The translations under genes were made by a program, and so were the position numbers. The notes under the pieces were generated by a model. That model ran no database searches, was not told the DNA's origin, and saw only the letters and a list, made by a program, of their open reading frames with translations. From contig DSBS01000044.1 in assembly GCA_011045925.1 (NCBI GenBank), positions 1 through 39,601 on the forward strand: a DNA stretch of 39,601 nt, in the 5' to 3' direction. The first letter of the stretch is position 1, and the number at the start of each line of letters is the position of its first letter. This document shows positions 16,043-24,207 of this stretch, piece by piece. Origin of the DNA: Candidatus Woesearchaeota archaeon. GTDB lineage: Archaea > Nanobdellota > Nanobdellia > Woesearchaeales > JASKKU01.

Positions 16043-17319
16043 TTTTTAACGCCTCCTGCAACTCTCATATTATTAATCTTTCCGGTTTTTATGCCTATAA
16101 CAACATATTTCTGGTTTGACTTGTCTATAAACAAGTGAGTCCCGACCACCATCCCATCAAAGTCATACTTGTACAAAAGCCTTCCTTTATACTCACCAGG
16201 GTCCTCAGAAGAAATAAAGTCTGTATTTCCAAGCTGCGGGGTTATTGGTGAAACCCCAGGGACATAATTAACAACAAAAGAGCCCTCGGCATCAATAACA
16301 TAAACGGAGTGGTCAAAAGAGCCAACAATAATTTCCAGCTCCCCATCCGAGTCAAGGTCAGTAACAATCGGAGGGTTAACTATCCAGAAATCTGTCTCAA
16401 AGTTCCAAAGCTCTTTCCCATCCCTGTCCAGGGCATAAACCTTATTGTCACATGAGCCAAACACAATTTCCTGAAAGCCATCTGAGTTAATGTCTGCAAT
16501 TGTAGCCTCAGACACAATCTTCCCGTCTGTCTCAAAGCTCCATACCAAAGAGCCTGTTGAGGAGATGCAGTAAAGGCTATGGTCAAAAGAGCCAAACACA
16601 ATAAACTTCTCCTTGGTGTTTTTTATATGTGATATTATTGGCTTTGCCGTAATCTTATCCTTTGCCTTAAAGTCCCACTTAAACATGCCCAGGCTGTTAA
16701 CTGCAAAAAGCTTTCCCTCGTTTGTCCCAAAAAGAATAATGTCATCATCCACACCAGAAAGCAAAGCAGGGGCTGATTCAATCGGCGAGCCAGCATCATA
16801 TCTCCAGATCACAGAGCCAGTATAATCCAGGCAGTACAAAAAGCCGTCTGAGGCTCCGAAGACTATCTCGGGAAAATCATCCTCATTTACATCAGCAACC
16901 AGGATGTCAGAGCGGATTTTCCCGCTGGTTTTGAACTTCCACACAAGGTTCCCATCAGCATCAAGCACAAAAAGAATCCCATTTTCCGAGCCAAAAATAA
17001 TCTCTTTCTTCCCGTCTTTATTAATATCGTACAAAACCGGGGTTGTATAAATGCTAAAAGAAGACTCAGAATCCAGAAACAATGACTGAATCCCTGAAAG
17101 CTTTTCTTTCAGGTCGTAGAGCCATTTAACCTTAGACTCATCATTAATCACATAAAGCCTTCCATCTTTAGTTCCAAAAACAATCACTGCTTCATTTGAG
17201 CTTTCCTCAAGCTTGCCAGCAACCGGGCCCACAGAGATGTCAGAGCTTGAATTAAATTCCCAGACCTTAATCAGCTTTAGGCTTTCCCTTCTCCTCATAA
17301 GGTTATCGAGCAGTGACAT
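16039..17319 (-). CDS. PQQ/FG-GAP-like beta-propeller repeat protein, no signal peptide
   Basis: 7-8 repeats of (V/I)FG(S/T/A)xDGxLYxxDxxGxxxWxF, interleaved with D(I/V/L)NxDGxxEI(I/V)FGS. The N-terminus MSLLDNLMRRRESLKLIKV is hydrophilic. Confidence 0.8.
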   Translation of the reverse strand: MSLLDNLMRRRESLKLIKVWEFNSSSDISVGPVAGKLEESSNEAVIVFGTKDGRLYVINDESKVKWLYDLKEKLSGIQSLFLDSESSFSIYTTPVLYDINKDGKKEIIFGSENGILFVLDADGNLVWKFKTSGKIRSDILVADVNEDDFPEIVFGASDGFLYCLDYTGSVIWRYDAGSPIESAPALLSGVDDDIILFGTNEGKLFAVNSLGMFKWDFKAKDKITAKPIISHIKNTKEKFIVFGSFDHSLYCISSTGSLVWSFETDGKIVSEATIADINSDGFQEIVFGSCDNKVYALDRDGKELWNFETDFWIVNPPIVTDLDSDGELEIIVGSFDHSVYVIDAEGSFVVNYVPGVSPITPQLGNTDFISSEDPGEYKGRLLYKYDFDGMVVGTHLFIDKSNQKYVVIGIKTGKINNMRVAGGVKK

Positions 17320-17340
17320 GAATAAGAGACTCAGGGAAGG

Positions 17341-17352
17341 TTTATTTAAAGT
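17341..17352 (-). promoter_or_regulatory. TATA box (ACTTTAAATAAA on the minus strand) 21 nt upstream of the propeller gene ATG
   Basis: Located in the 54-nt spacer after the LamG gene. Implies a separate leaderless propeller/KaiC-like transcript. Confidence 0.45.
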
Positions 17353-17373
17353 TTTTTCACTACTAAGCTAAAA

Positions 17374-20300
17374 TCAACTTGCCTCAGCCTCAAAAACAAT
17401 CCCTGCTTCTTTTTCTCCGGGAGGCTCTTCTCTTGGTACTTCTATCTGGATATCTACATTGACCTCATCCAGCCCTGTGCTGTATTCAAAATCTGAGATA
17501 ACTAAGGTCAGCACTTCGGAAAGGTTAAACCAGCTCATTTTAGAAAGGTCAGTATCAATGCTTCCTAGAAAGATTTCCCTTGCTTTTGCCTGGAAATAGC
17601 TTGTATTCAAGGCCCTTGTAGAAAAGAGCTGAGTAGTGTTCATTAAAATATCGCACCTGATGTTTCCGTCATTTCTAATCCTGAAAGGATGCGGGTCATT
17701 AGTTGAAGTGTTTTTAGTCATCGAAGGAGCAATAACTGAAAAGTTAACTGTATTATTCACCAAGGTTATATTGACAAGCGATTGTATTGTTACTTCAAAG
17801 GTCTCTGAAACATCGCCGTAAGCCTCTCCATCGTGGGGAGTTACATTCCACCTGTAAGTTGCAATATCAAGCTCCTGCACAGGGGTATAGCTAAGGTCGC
17901 TTATTCCAGAATCTGTAACAACCGGCACAGAGCAGTAATCAGGAAGTGAGCAAGCGCCTTCCCTCCGGATTTCTATTGAGTAGGTTATTGGGTCTCCATC
18001 ATCATCTGACGCTGCTTCCCACTCAAATGCTGGCCTTCTGTTAGTTGTCGTGCTTTCATGAGCCGGAAGAAGCAGGCTTCCCATTATCGGAGGCGTGTTT
18101 CTTATTGTGAGATTGTCCGAATACAGCCTCAAAGACTCACCATAGCCATCGTTTACAAATACATCGCATTTCCATTGCTCGTGCTTTGTGGTCATTGAAA
18201 GGTCAATTACATCCGGCTGGTGGGCATTTAAGCCGGCAATATGGTTCGCCCGGATTTGCTCTTCAGTCAATGTAACATTATACATCCTAAAGTCATCAAT
18301 TAACCCATTAAACCACCTTACTGGAGTCTCGCTATAATGGCTTGAACCGATAGTGTGGCTGTAAGCCCCGCTAAGCGTAACTGTTCCTGCACCCTGAGTA
18401 AGAGAGCCAACAATATCCCCATTAACATACATTACAGAAGTATTGCTGGCTCTGTCATGCGTAACAGTAACATGAGTCCATTCATCAGGAGAAATAACAG
18501 AAGCCGCTGAAAGGTCGTTTCCATTATACCTAAACCTCAATGTTCCAGTATTGGTTGAAATCTCAAAATGACAGTTGTTAGGTGTATTTATGATTCCCCA
18601 TATGCCTGAAGCTGAGCCATGCCAGCCTTTCCAGTATACCCAGGCCTCTATAGTTATGTCGCTAAGGGTTGTGCCTGGAGAAAAAGAGTCTGTTGGAAGG
18701 CTTATGTATTGCGTGCTTCCGTCAAACTCATAGCATCCGCCTGAAACGCAGTCATCTCCGGTCCTATAAGCAGGGGCACGGCTCTGGTTGCCTCCGCCCA
18801 AGGTACCATGGTTATCCTTATCAGAGTAATCCCTTATTGCCCCTGACGTTGCAACAGAAACATTTGAGTCAAAGGGCATATTCAGGGCTGTAAGCGAGTT
18901 CTCATCTTTATACCAATTAAAGAGAAATGTCAGGTTTTCCCCATCGCCAGCAGAAACATTAACAGGTGCACATGTCAGGTTATTTCTTGTGTATGCAGTG
19001 CCATTATAAAGCTCCTCTATTTCTATTTCAGAAATAGTCCTGTTGAAAATTGTAACCTCATCAATCTTGCCAAGCCAGTAATAATCATCATCATGATTTC
19101 CCAGGTAAATATTCCGGTTGAAGAAGTAAGAAGAATAATTTATTTTCCGTCCTTCCTGCGCATTAACATACAAGACAGCAGTTGAGCCGTTCATTGTTAC
19201 AGCTATATGAGTCCACTCGGTTGTTGCAGAAATGTCCCCAGAGCCCCAAGGAGTGTCCTGGATTCCCATATCCCAGTTGCCGCTGTTTATTCCAATATAA
19301 AAACGGTTGTTAATCCCGCCTTCCTGGCCAGCGCTCATAAACATCCTGTTTGTGCCAGTTGCTCCCGCCTTAACCCACATAGAGAATGAGTGTGGGTGAG
19401 TGCTTGGATTTAAACCTGAGCCATAGTTAAGGTTCACATAATTTCCTGTTCCATTAAACTCAAAAGCCCCGGCTGCATAGCCTTCCCTGACATTTGTTGC
19501 CCCATTATTCGTCCCATGGTTTCCATAATAAGAGCTGTCTTTAACATCATTATCAAGGTTCCAGTAGCCCGCTACCTGGCTATCAAGCCTGGAGTGAACA
19601 TGAATCCTGGGGTTGTCATGCTCAGGAAGCCTGCTCCAGAAGCCATTTGAGCATACATAATCTCCCTGCACTGTTCCTGTCTCAACACACAAGTTAGACT
19701 GGTTTACACAGCTAAGAGGAGAATTGCAGCAGGCAGCATAATACGTCCCGGCAAGGCTGGTATTTCTTAAGTACTCACCGGAGTCATCGCCACAGCATCC
19801 CAATGAAGTGCCCGGGTCATAACCACCAAAGGAAAAAGACTCCCCACCATTTATCCAGGTTAAAGCCTCGCAATTATTAATATCAGTTGTACAGTACTCC
19901 TCCCCATCATCCCTATCTCTTGCTATACAGCCCATATCGCAGTATATATCGGTCCCACCCCTGCAAGTCATGGGCTCAACATCATCACAATCCTCGCTTC
20001 CTGGCCCTGCACAGTCATACTGGCACCTTGAGGAATTGTGGTCTCCACAAGCTATATTGCCTAGAGATGCATTGCAGGCTGTACAGTTAAAGCACATAAA
20101 CATATCTATTGTTAATCCATACTCAAGCTCAGAGTCGCAATAGCCAAAAGCGCATTCATCATTATCCTGGCATCCCTCACAACCCAGGGGAATTCCTCTC
20201 TGCCAGTAAGTTGGCTCTCCACTGGCTGCACAATACCAGCCTGAATCATTTGCTTCCTCGCAGTTAGCAACATCAATCTCAAACCCTAGGTCAGACTGGT

Positions 20301-21333
20301 TGTTGCAGTCATAAAGATCACCATTCCAGCAAAGCATATGCTGGTAAGAGCTGTTATGCTCTACAAAATTCCCCTCAAAGCAACAATCATTTTCAAAGCC
20401 AGTATCATTAAAGCTGTCTGATACGCCATCATTGCCACAGCAGTAATTAAGGTTTGAAAACCAGACAAAAGGCTCACACCCGTTTCCAGAAGCCTCACAG
20501 TAGCTCTGCGCATCATTCCTGTCGTGGTTAGTAAAAAGACAGCCTTCCTCATCATGGCAGGATTGCGTGTCTGTATAATTTACCTGAGTTACGCAGCACC
20601 ACTCGCCTTCACAGGGAAGCTCACAGTTTGTGCTGTTGCCAAAATCCCCGTTAGAGCAGCTTGCATTGCCAAAAAAGCATGTCTGGCCATCAAGGTGCCC
20701 CCAGCCATAAACATTAGAAGATGTGCCGTTAAGCGCCTGGCTTACACTGCACACTATATTTCCATGATAACAGGTTCTCTCTGTCCCTGATCCAATAAGA
20801 ACGCCGTTTCCAATCAAAGTTGTATTTGTAGCGAAATTTCCTTCATAGCACCTCTGGCAAAGCACATACTTAGCCTCAGAAAGGCTTGCATTAGCATAAT
20901 AAGAATTGTCATCCGCTCCATCATCGCCACAGCATTGTGTCCCAGAGGTAACTCCAGACATCCAGATAAACTCGCAGTTTGTTGCAGTACAATACTCCTC
21001 AGCAAGGTCAGGGTCTTTCCATGAGCCTTGCTCACAGTACAAGATTTGGCCAAAGAAAAATCCGCATTCCCCAAAAGGAAAGCAGACATCAGAAAGCTCA
21101 AAGTAGCCAATGTTTGCTGAAACATCAACAGCAGAAGCAAATGCGCCTGGCTGAAAAAAAGTCATAAGAAACCTTGCTCCAATATCTACACCTGAAAGCT
21201 GTGACCCCTGACAGCCCACCGTAGTTGACTTTACAACAATATCGCCGCCGGAAGCAGTGAACCCATAGGCTAACGAAGCCAGAAAGATAGTAAAAAACAA
21301 AACAAAACCCAACAGCCCTCCCTTGAATTTCAT
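17374..21333 (-). CDS. Giant (1319 aa) secreted Cys-rich protein with two LamG/concanavalin-A-like (Laminin_G_3) domains and Ig-like domains
   Basis: Signal peptide MKFKGGLLGFVLFFTIFLASLAYG. Cys-rich residues ~80-570 with three CCG(D/N)D modules. LamG 1 at about nt 19000-19581 (DSSYYGNHG..FEFNGTGNYV..WTHIAVTMNG..LYVN..GKIDEVTIFNR). LamG 2 at about nt 18229-18846 (DKDNHGTL..YEFDGSTQYI..WTHVTVTHD..MYVNG..GLIDDFRMYN). Many N-x-S/T sequons. Confidence 0.85.
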   Translation of the reverse strand: MKFKGGLLGFVLFFTIFLASLAYGFTASGGDIVVKSTTVGCQGSQLSGVDIGARFLMTFFQPGAFASAVDVSANIGYFELSDVCFPFGECGFFFGQILYCEQGSWKDPDLAEEYCTATNCEFIWMSGVTSGTQCCGDDGADDNSYYANASLSEAKYVLCQRCYEGNFATNTTLIGNGVLIGSGTERTCYHGNIVCSVSQALNGTSSNVYGWGHLDGQTCFFGNASCSNGDFGNSTNCELPCEGEWCCVTQVNYTDTQSCHDEEGCLFTNHDRNDAQSYCEASGNGCEPFVWFSNLNYCCGNDGVSDSFNDTGFENDCCFEGNFVEHNSSYQHMLCWNGDLYDCNNQSDLGFEIDVANCEEANDSGWYCAASGEPTYWQRGIPLGCEGCQDNDECAFGYCDSELEYGLTIDMFMCFNCTACNASLGNIACGDHNSSRCQYDCAGPGSEDCDDVEPMTCRGGTDIYCDMGCIARDRDDGEEYCTTDINNCEALTWINGGESFSFGGYDPGTSLGCCGDDSGEYLRNTSLAGTYYAACCNSPLSCVNQSNLCVETGTVQGDYVCSNGFWSRLPEHDNPRIHVHSRLDSQVAGYWNLDNDVKDSSYYGNHGTNNGATNVREGYAAGAFEFNGTGNYVNLNYGSGLNPSTHPHSFSMWVKAGATGTNRMFMSAGQEGGINNRFYIGINSGNWDMGIQDTPWGSGDISATTEWTHIAVTMNGSTAVLYVNAQEGRKINYSSYFFNRNIYLGNHDDDYYWLGKIDEVTIFNRTISEIEIEELYNGTAYTRNNLTCAPVNVSAGDGENLTFLFNWYKDENSLTALNMPFDSNVSVATSGAIRDYSDKDNHGTLGGGNQSRAPAYRTGDDCVSGGCYEFDGSTQYISLPTDSFSPGTTLSDITIEAWVYWKGWHGSASGIWGIINTPNNCHFEISTNTGTLRFRYNGNDLSAASVISPDEWTHVTVTHDRASNTSVMYVNGDIVGSLTQGAGTVTLSGAYSHTIGSSHYSETPVRWFNGLIDDFRMYNVTLTEEQIRANHIAGLNAHQPDVIDLSMTTKHEQWKCDVFVNDGYGESLRLYSDNLTIRNTPPIMGSLLLPAHESTTTNRRPAFEWEAASDDDGDPITYSIEIRREGACSLPDYCSVPVVTDSGISDLSYTPVQELDIATYRWNVTPHDGEAYGDVSETFEVTIQSLVNITLVNNTVNFSVIAPSMTKNTSTNDPHPFRIRNDGNIRCDILMNTTQLFSTRALNTSYFQAKAREIFLGSIDTDLSKMSWFNLSEVLTLVISDFEYSTGLDEVNVDIQIEVPREEPPGEKEAGIVFEAEAS

Positions 21334-21335
21334 AA

Positions 21336-21731
21336 TTAATCAATCATACATCTTTGATCTATAAAAAATAGGGTCTGGTTATCCAGGGTAACAGGTACAG
21401 CTGCACAGCCCTCGCTGCTTTCAAAAAGAGCCTCAACTGCGCTCCTATAGCCTTCAATATAAACCATCTCAACGCACTCCAGCCCAATTATTTGCCTAGT
21501 CTTATTTTCAAAGACAATCTGGGCAATGCCGCAGTCATCTGTCTGGTCCATCAGGAAATCCAGGGTTTCCTCGAAGATAACCTGGGAAATCCTGTCTTCC
21601 TTTGCCTTCTGAATCTCCGGAACCTTATCAAGCGCAATATACAAAGCAAATGCAACTGCTAAAATAATAATAAGAATTACCAGCATCCTTGTCTGGTTAA
21701 ACCTCAAGCCCTCCCCTCTGTTCTTTTTCAT
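21336..21731 (-). CDS. Small N-terminally anchored membrane/secreted protein (131 aa, 4 Cys), unknown function
   Basis: MKKNRGEGLRFNQTRMLVILIIILAVAFALYIAL. Its stop is 2 nt from the ATG of the LamG giant. The track start at 21749 is a GTG; ATG 21731 is preferred. Confidence 0.45.
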   Translation of the reverse strand: MKKNRGEGLRFNQTRMLVILIIILAVAFALYIALDKVPEIQKAKEDRISQVIFEETLDFLMDQTDDCGIAQIVFENKTRQIIGLECVEMVYIEGYRSAVEALFESSEGCAAVPVTLDNQTLFFIDQRCMID

Positions 21732-21868
21732 TAAAACCACCTTGATCACCTTGGAAAGCTATTCTTTTTAAAGCTTTTTATTATTCCCTCATCAGAAAGT
21801 CATCAGAAAGAAAAAGATTGCTCAAAGAACAAAAATAAGGAAAAAAGAAAAAAAGAAAAAAGAAAAAA

Positions 21869-23155
21869 ATGCAAGTCAGTATAATCACATTTGGGTGTGC
21901 TTCAAACCAGGCTGACTCTGACTTCATGAGAAGCCTGCTGTTAGAAGAAGGCATTGCCATTAGCGAAGACCCTTCTGAAGCAGGGATTATTATTGTTAAC
22001 TCATGCACTGTAAAGCACCACGCAGAAAGCAAGTTCTGGAAAACTGTTAGAGAGCTAAAGCTTAAAGGAAAAAGAGTGATAGCTGCAGGATGTGTTCCCC
22101 AGGCCGATAAACAAGCAGAAATAAAGCTTAAGAAATCAGGCATTTCGATAATAGGAGTAAAAGACACAGACAGCATCTGCGAAGCTGTAAAAGCAGAGTC
22201 AGAAGGAAAGCATATTGTAAAGAACAACTCTAAAAAAAAGAATCCTTACAAAAAACCCATTACACTTTCAGGAATAACAGGAAAGATCCAGATAAATGAA
22301 GGATGCATTGGCTCCTGCTCTTACTGCAAGACTAAATCTGCAAGAGGAGACTTGATTTCCTACCCAATAAAAAACCTGGTAACCCAAGCTCAATGCTTTA
22401 TTCGCCAAGGTGCAAAAGAACTTTGGCTAACATCGCAGGATACAGGGGCTTACGGCAGAGACATTGGAACAAGCCTGGCTAACCTGGTTAAAGAGATTAT
22501 GATTATTCAGGGAGACTTTTTTGTGCGAATTGGCATGAGCAACCCAAACACAATAAAGCCTTTAGTTAAAGACATTATTAGATTAATGAAAAAAAATGAA
22601 AGAATATACCGGTTTCTTCATATTCCTATTCAGTCAGCAAATAACCAGGTGCTAAAGGGTATGAATAGAAAATATGATGCTAAAACACTTGAGGAAATCT
22701 TCAGGGAAATAAGCAGCTCTGGCTTAGGCATTACAGTAAGCACGGATGTAATCTGCGGTTTTCCTAATGAAACCGAAAAGCAGTTTCTTGATACTCTTGA
22801 TTTTATTAGGAAGATTAAGCCAGATGTTCTTAACATTTCAAGATACTGGGCCAGGCCCGGAACAAAGGCAGCATCAATGAAGCAGCCATTCAATAAGGTT
22901 GGAATAAATAGGACGAGAAAAATAAAGGAAGAGTTCGACAGAATATCCAAAGAAAAGAATAAGGCCTGGGCAGGATGGAAAGGAAAGGCATTGGTTACAG
23001 AGAAAGGGAAGCATGGCACCTATATCTGCAGAAACAAGCATTACAAGCAGGTAATACTAAAAAGCGATGAAAGATTAGGAGAATTCATCGAGGTTGAGAT
23101 TGAAAGGCCAAGAAAGTTTGACTTCTTCGGGAAAGCATTAAACAGAAATGTTTGA
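21869..23155 (+). CDS. MiaB-like tRNA methylthiotransferase, archaeal/eukaryal CDKAL1 (ms2t6A) type
   Basis: UPF0004 N-domain (ITFGCASNQADSD, NSCTV). Radical SAM CIGSCSYC. C-terminal TRAM domain. Confidence 0.9.
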   Translation: MQVSIITFGCASNQADSDFMRSLLLEEGIAISEDPSEAGIIIVNSCTVKHHAESKFWKTVRELKLKGKRVIAAGCVPQADKQAEIKLKKSGISIIGVKDTDSICEAVKAESEGKHIVKNNSKKKNPYKKPITLSGITGKIQINEGCIGSCSYCKTKSARGDLISYPIKNLVTQAQCFIRQGAKELWLTSQDTGAYGRDIGTSLANLVKEIMIIQGDFFVRIGMSNPNTIKPLVKDIIRLMKKNERIYRFLHIPIQSANNQVLKGMNRKYDAKTLEEIFREISSSGLGITVSTDVICGFPNETEKQFLDTLDFIRKIKPDVLNISRYWARPGTKAASMKQPFNKVGINRTRKIKEEFDRISKEKNKAWAGWKGKALVTEKGKHGTYICRNKHYKQVILKSDERLGEFIEVEIERPRKFDFFGKALNRNV

Positions 23156-24112
23156 GAAATCCTTAAGGAAACGCTTTCCATGGTCTTCAGGCTTCATAAG
23201 AAGCACAACCCTGGACTCTTTTTTTTCATCTGCTGGCTTCCATTCGCAGAAGGCGCTGATCTTACCGGCAAATTCCTTAATATCATTATGCAAAGGCATA
23301 TTTGTTTTTTCCAGCCTGTATATTGAAGAGCCAACATGCATATAAGACTTAACCTCAACAAACAAAGGGTTGGCGCTCTTTATCAGCTGTGCATACCTTT
23401 CCGGAGCAAAATCATTAATTCCTTTAATGAGGGTTATTCTTAAGCAGGTTCTTGTTTTTGAATTCCTTTTTTCTGACATCACGCCAAGGCTTTCATTAAA
23501 AAGATTCCATGCGCTCTTTATTTTAGGCTTTTCTATCTCAAGAAAGGTCTTTTCATCAGGTGCAGAAACAGATTGATATAACTGAGTCGGAAAAATCTTT
23601 TTCAGCATTCCTGGGTTAAGCCCGTTTGTAACCACAAAGGTTGTTATTCCCCTCTTATGCAGAGCCTCAATTAATTCAGGAAGAAAAGGATAAAGTGTAG
23701 GCTCCCCAGTAAGGGAGATTGCAAAATGCTTTGGGTTTTGGGCTTGTTTAAGCTTTTCGAGACTGACTTTTTCGTTTCCGCCAAAGCCTGAAAGAAGCTT
23801 TCTTTGCTGTGAGAATGATTTCTCTATAATTGCTTCTGGCTTGTCTGCTAAGTCTCTTGGGATTTCGTCAAAGCCCTTGGTATCAGCAAAGCTCCTCCAG
23901 CAGAAGATACAGCTGTTCTGGCAGTAGTTAACTGAAGGGCTCATCTGGCAGCAGAGGTGCGCCTGAATCCCATAAAAGACCTGCTTGTAGCAAACATCCC
24001 TATTGAGCAAAGAGCGTTTTGTCCACGTACAGATTTTTACTGCAGTATGTCCCCCGGAAAAGCCGTACTGCTGCTTCTTCAGGGTTTTTCTAACCTGCGC
24101 TTTGTCTTGCAT
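23138..24112 (-). CDS. taw1: 4-demethylwyosine synthase Taw1/TYW1 (radical SAM)
   Basis: GHTAVKICTW..CYKQVFYGIQAHLCCQMSPS..C.NSCIFCWR. The start is trimmed to ATG 24112 (the track start is a TTG). A TTTATATT box lies ~21 nt upstream. Confidence 0.9.
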   Translation of the reverse strand: MQDKAQVRKTLKKQQYGFSGGHTAVKICTWTKRSLLNRDVCYKQVFYGIQAHLCCQMSPSVNYCQNSCIFCWRSFADTKGFDEIPRDLADKPEAIIEKSFSQQRKLLSGFGGNEKVSLEKLKQAQNPKHFAISLTGEPTLYPFLPELIEALHKRGITTFVVTNGLNPGMLKKIFPTQLYQSVSAPDEKTFLEIEKPKIKSAWNLFNESLGVMSEKRNSKTRTCLRITLIKGINDFAPERYAQLIKSANPLFVEVKSYMHVGSSIYRLEKTNMPLHNDIKEFAGKISAFCEWKPADEKKESRVVLLMKPEDHGKRFLKDFSNISV

Positions 24113-24207
24113 TTTAAAAGGGATGGAAAAGGAATATAAAACCCTTTTGAAAAATATAAAAGAGAAAGATTTAAAAAGGATATCTAACAAGGAAGCAAGC
24201 CATAGAA

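Noticed and set aside
21838-21868. Purine tract ggaaaaaagaaaaaaagaaaaaagaaaaaaa immediately upstream of the MiaB-like ATG
   Set aside because: I considered a regulatory repeat or slippage-prone tract. It has no clear period and no partner elsewhere in the window, and it lies in an ordinary A-rich divergent promoter spacer. There is not enough evidence to assign a function.
21781-22227. 148-aa minus-strand ORF overlapping the 5' end of the MiaB-like gene
   Set aside because: It runs through the A-rich intergenic tract (encoding poly-Phe) and is antisense to a gene with unambiguous radical-SAM/UPF0004 motifs.
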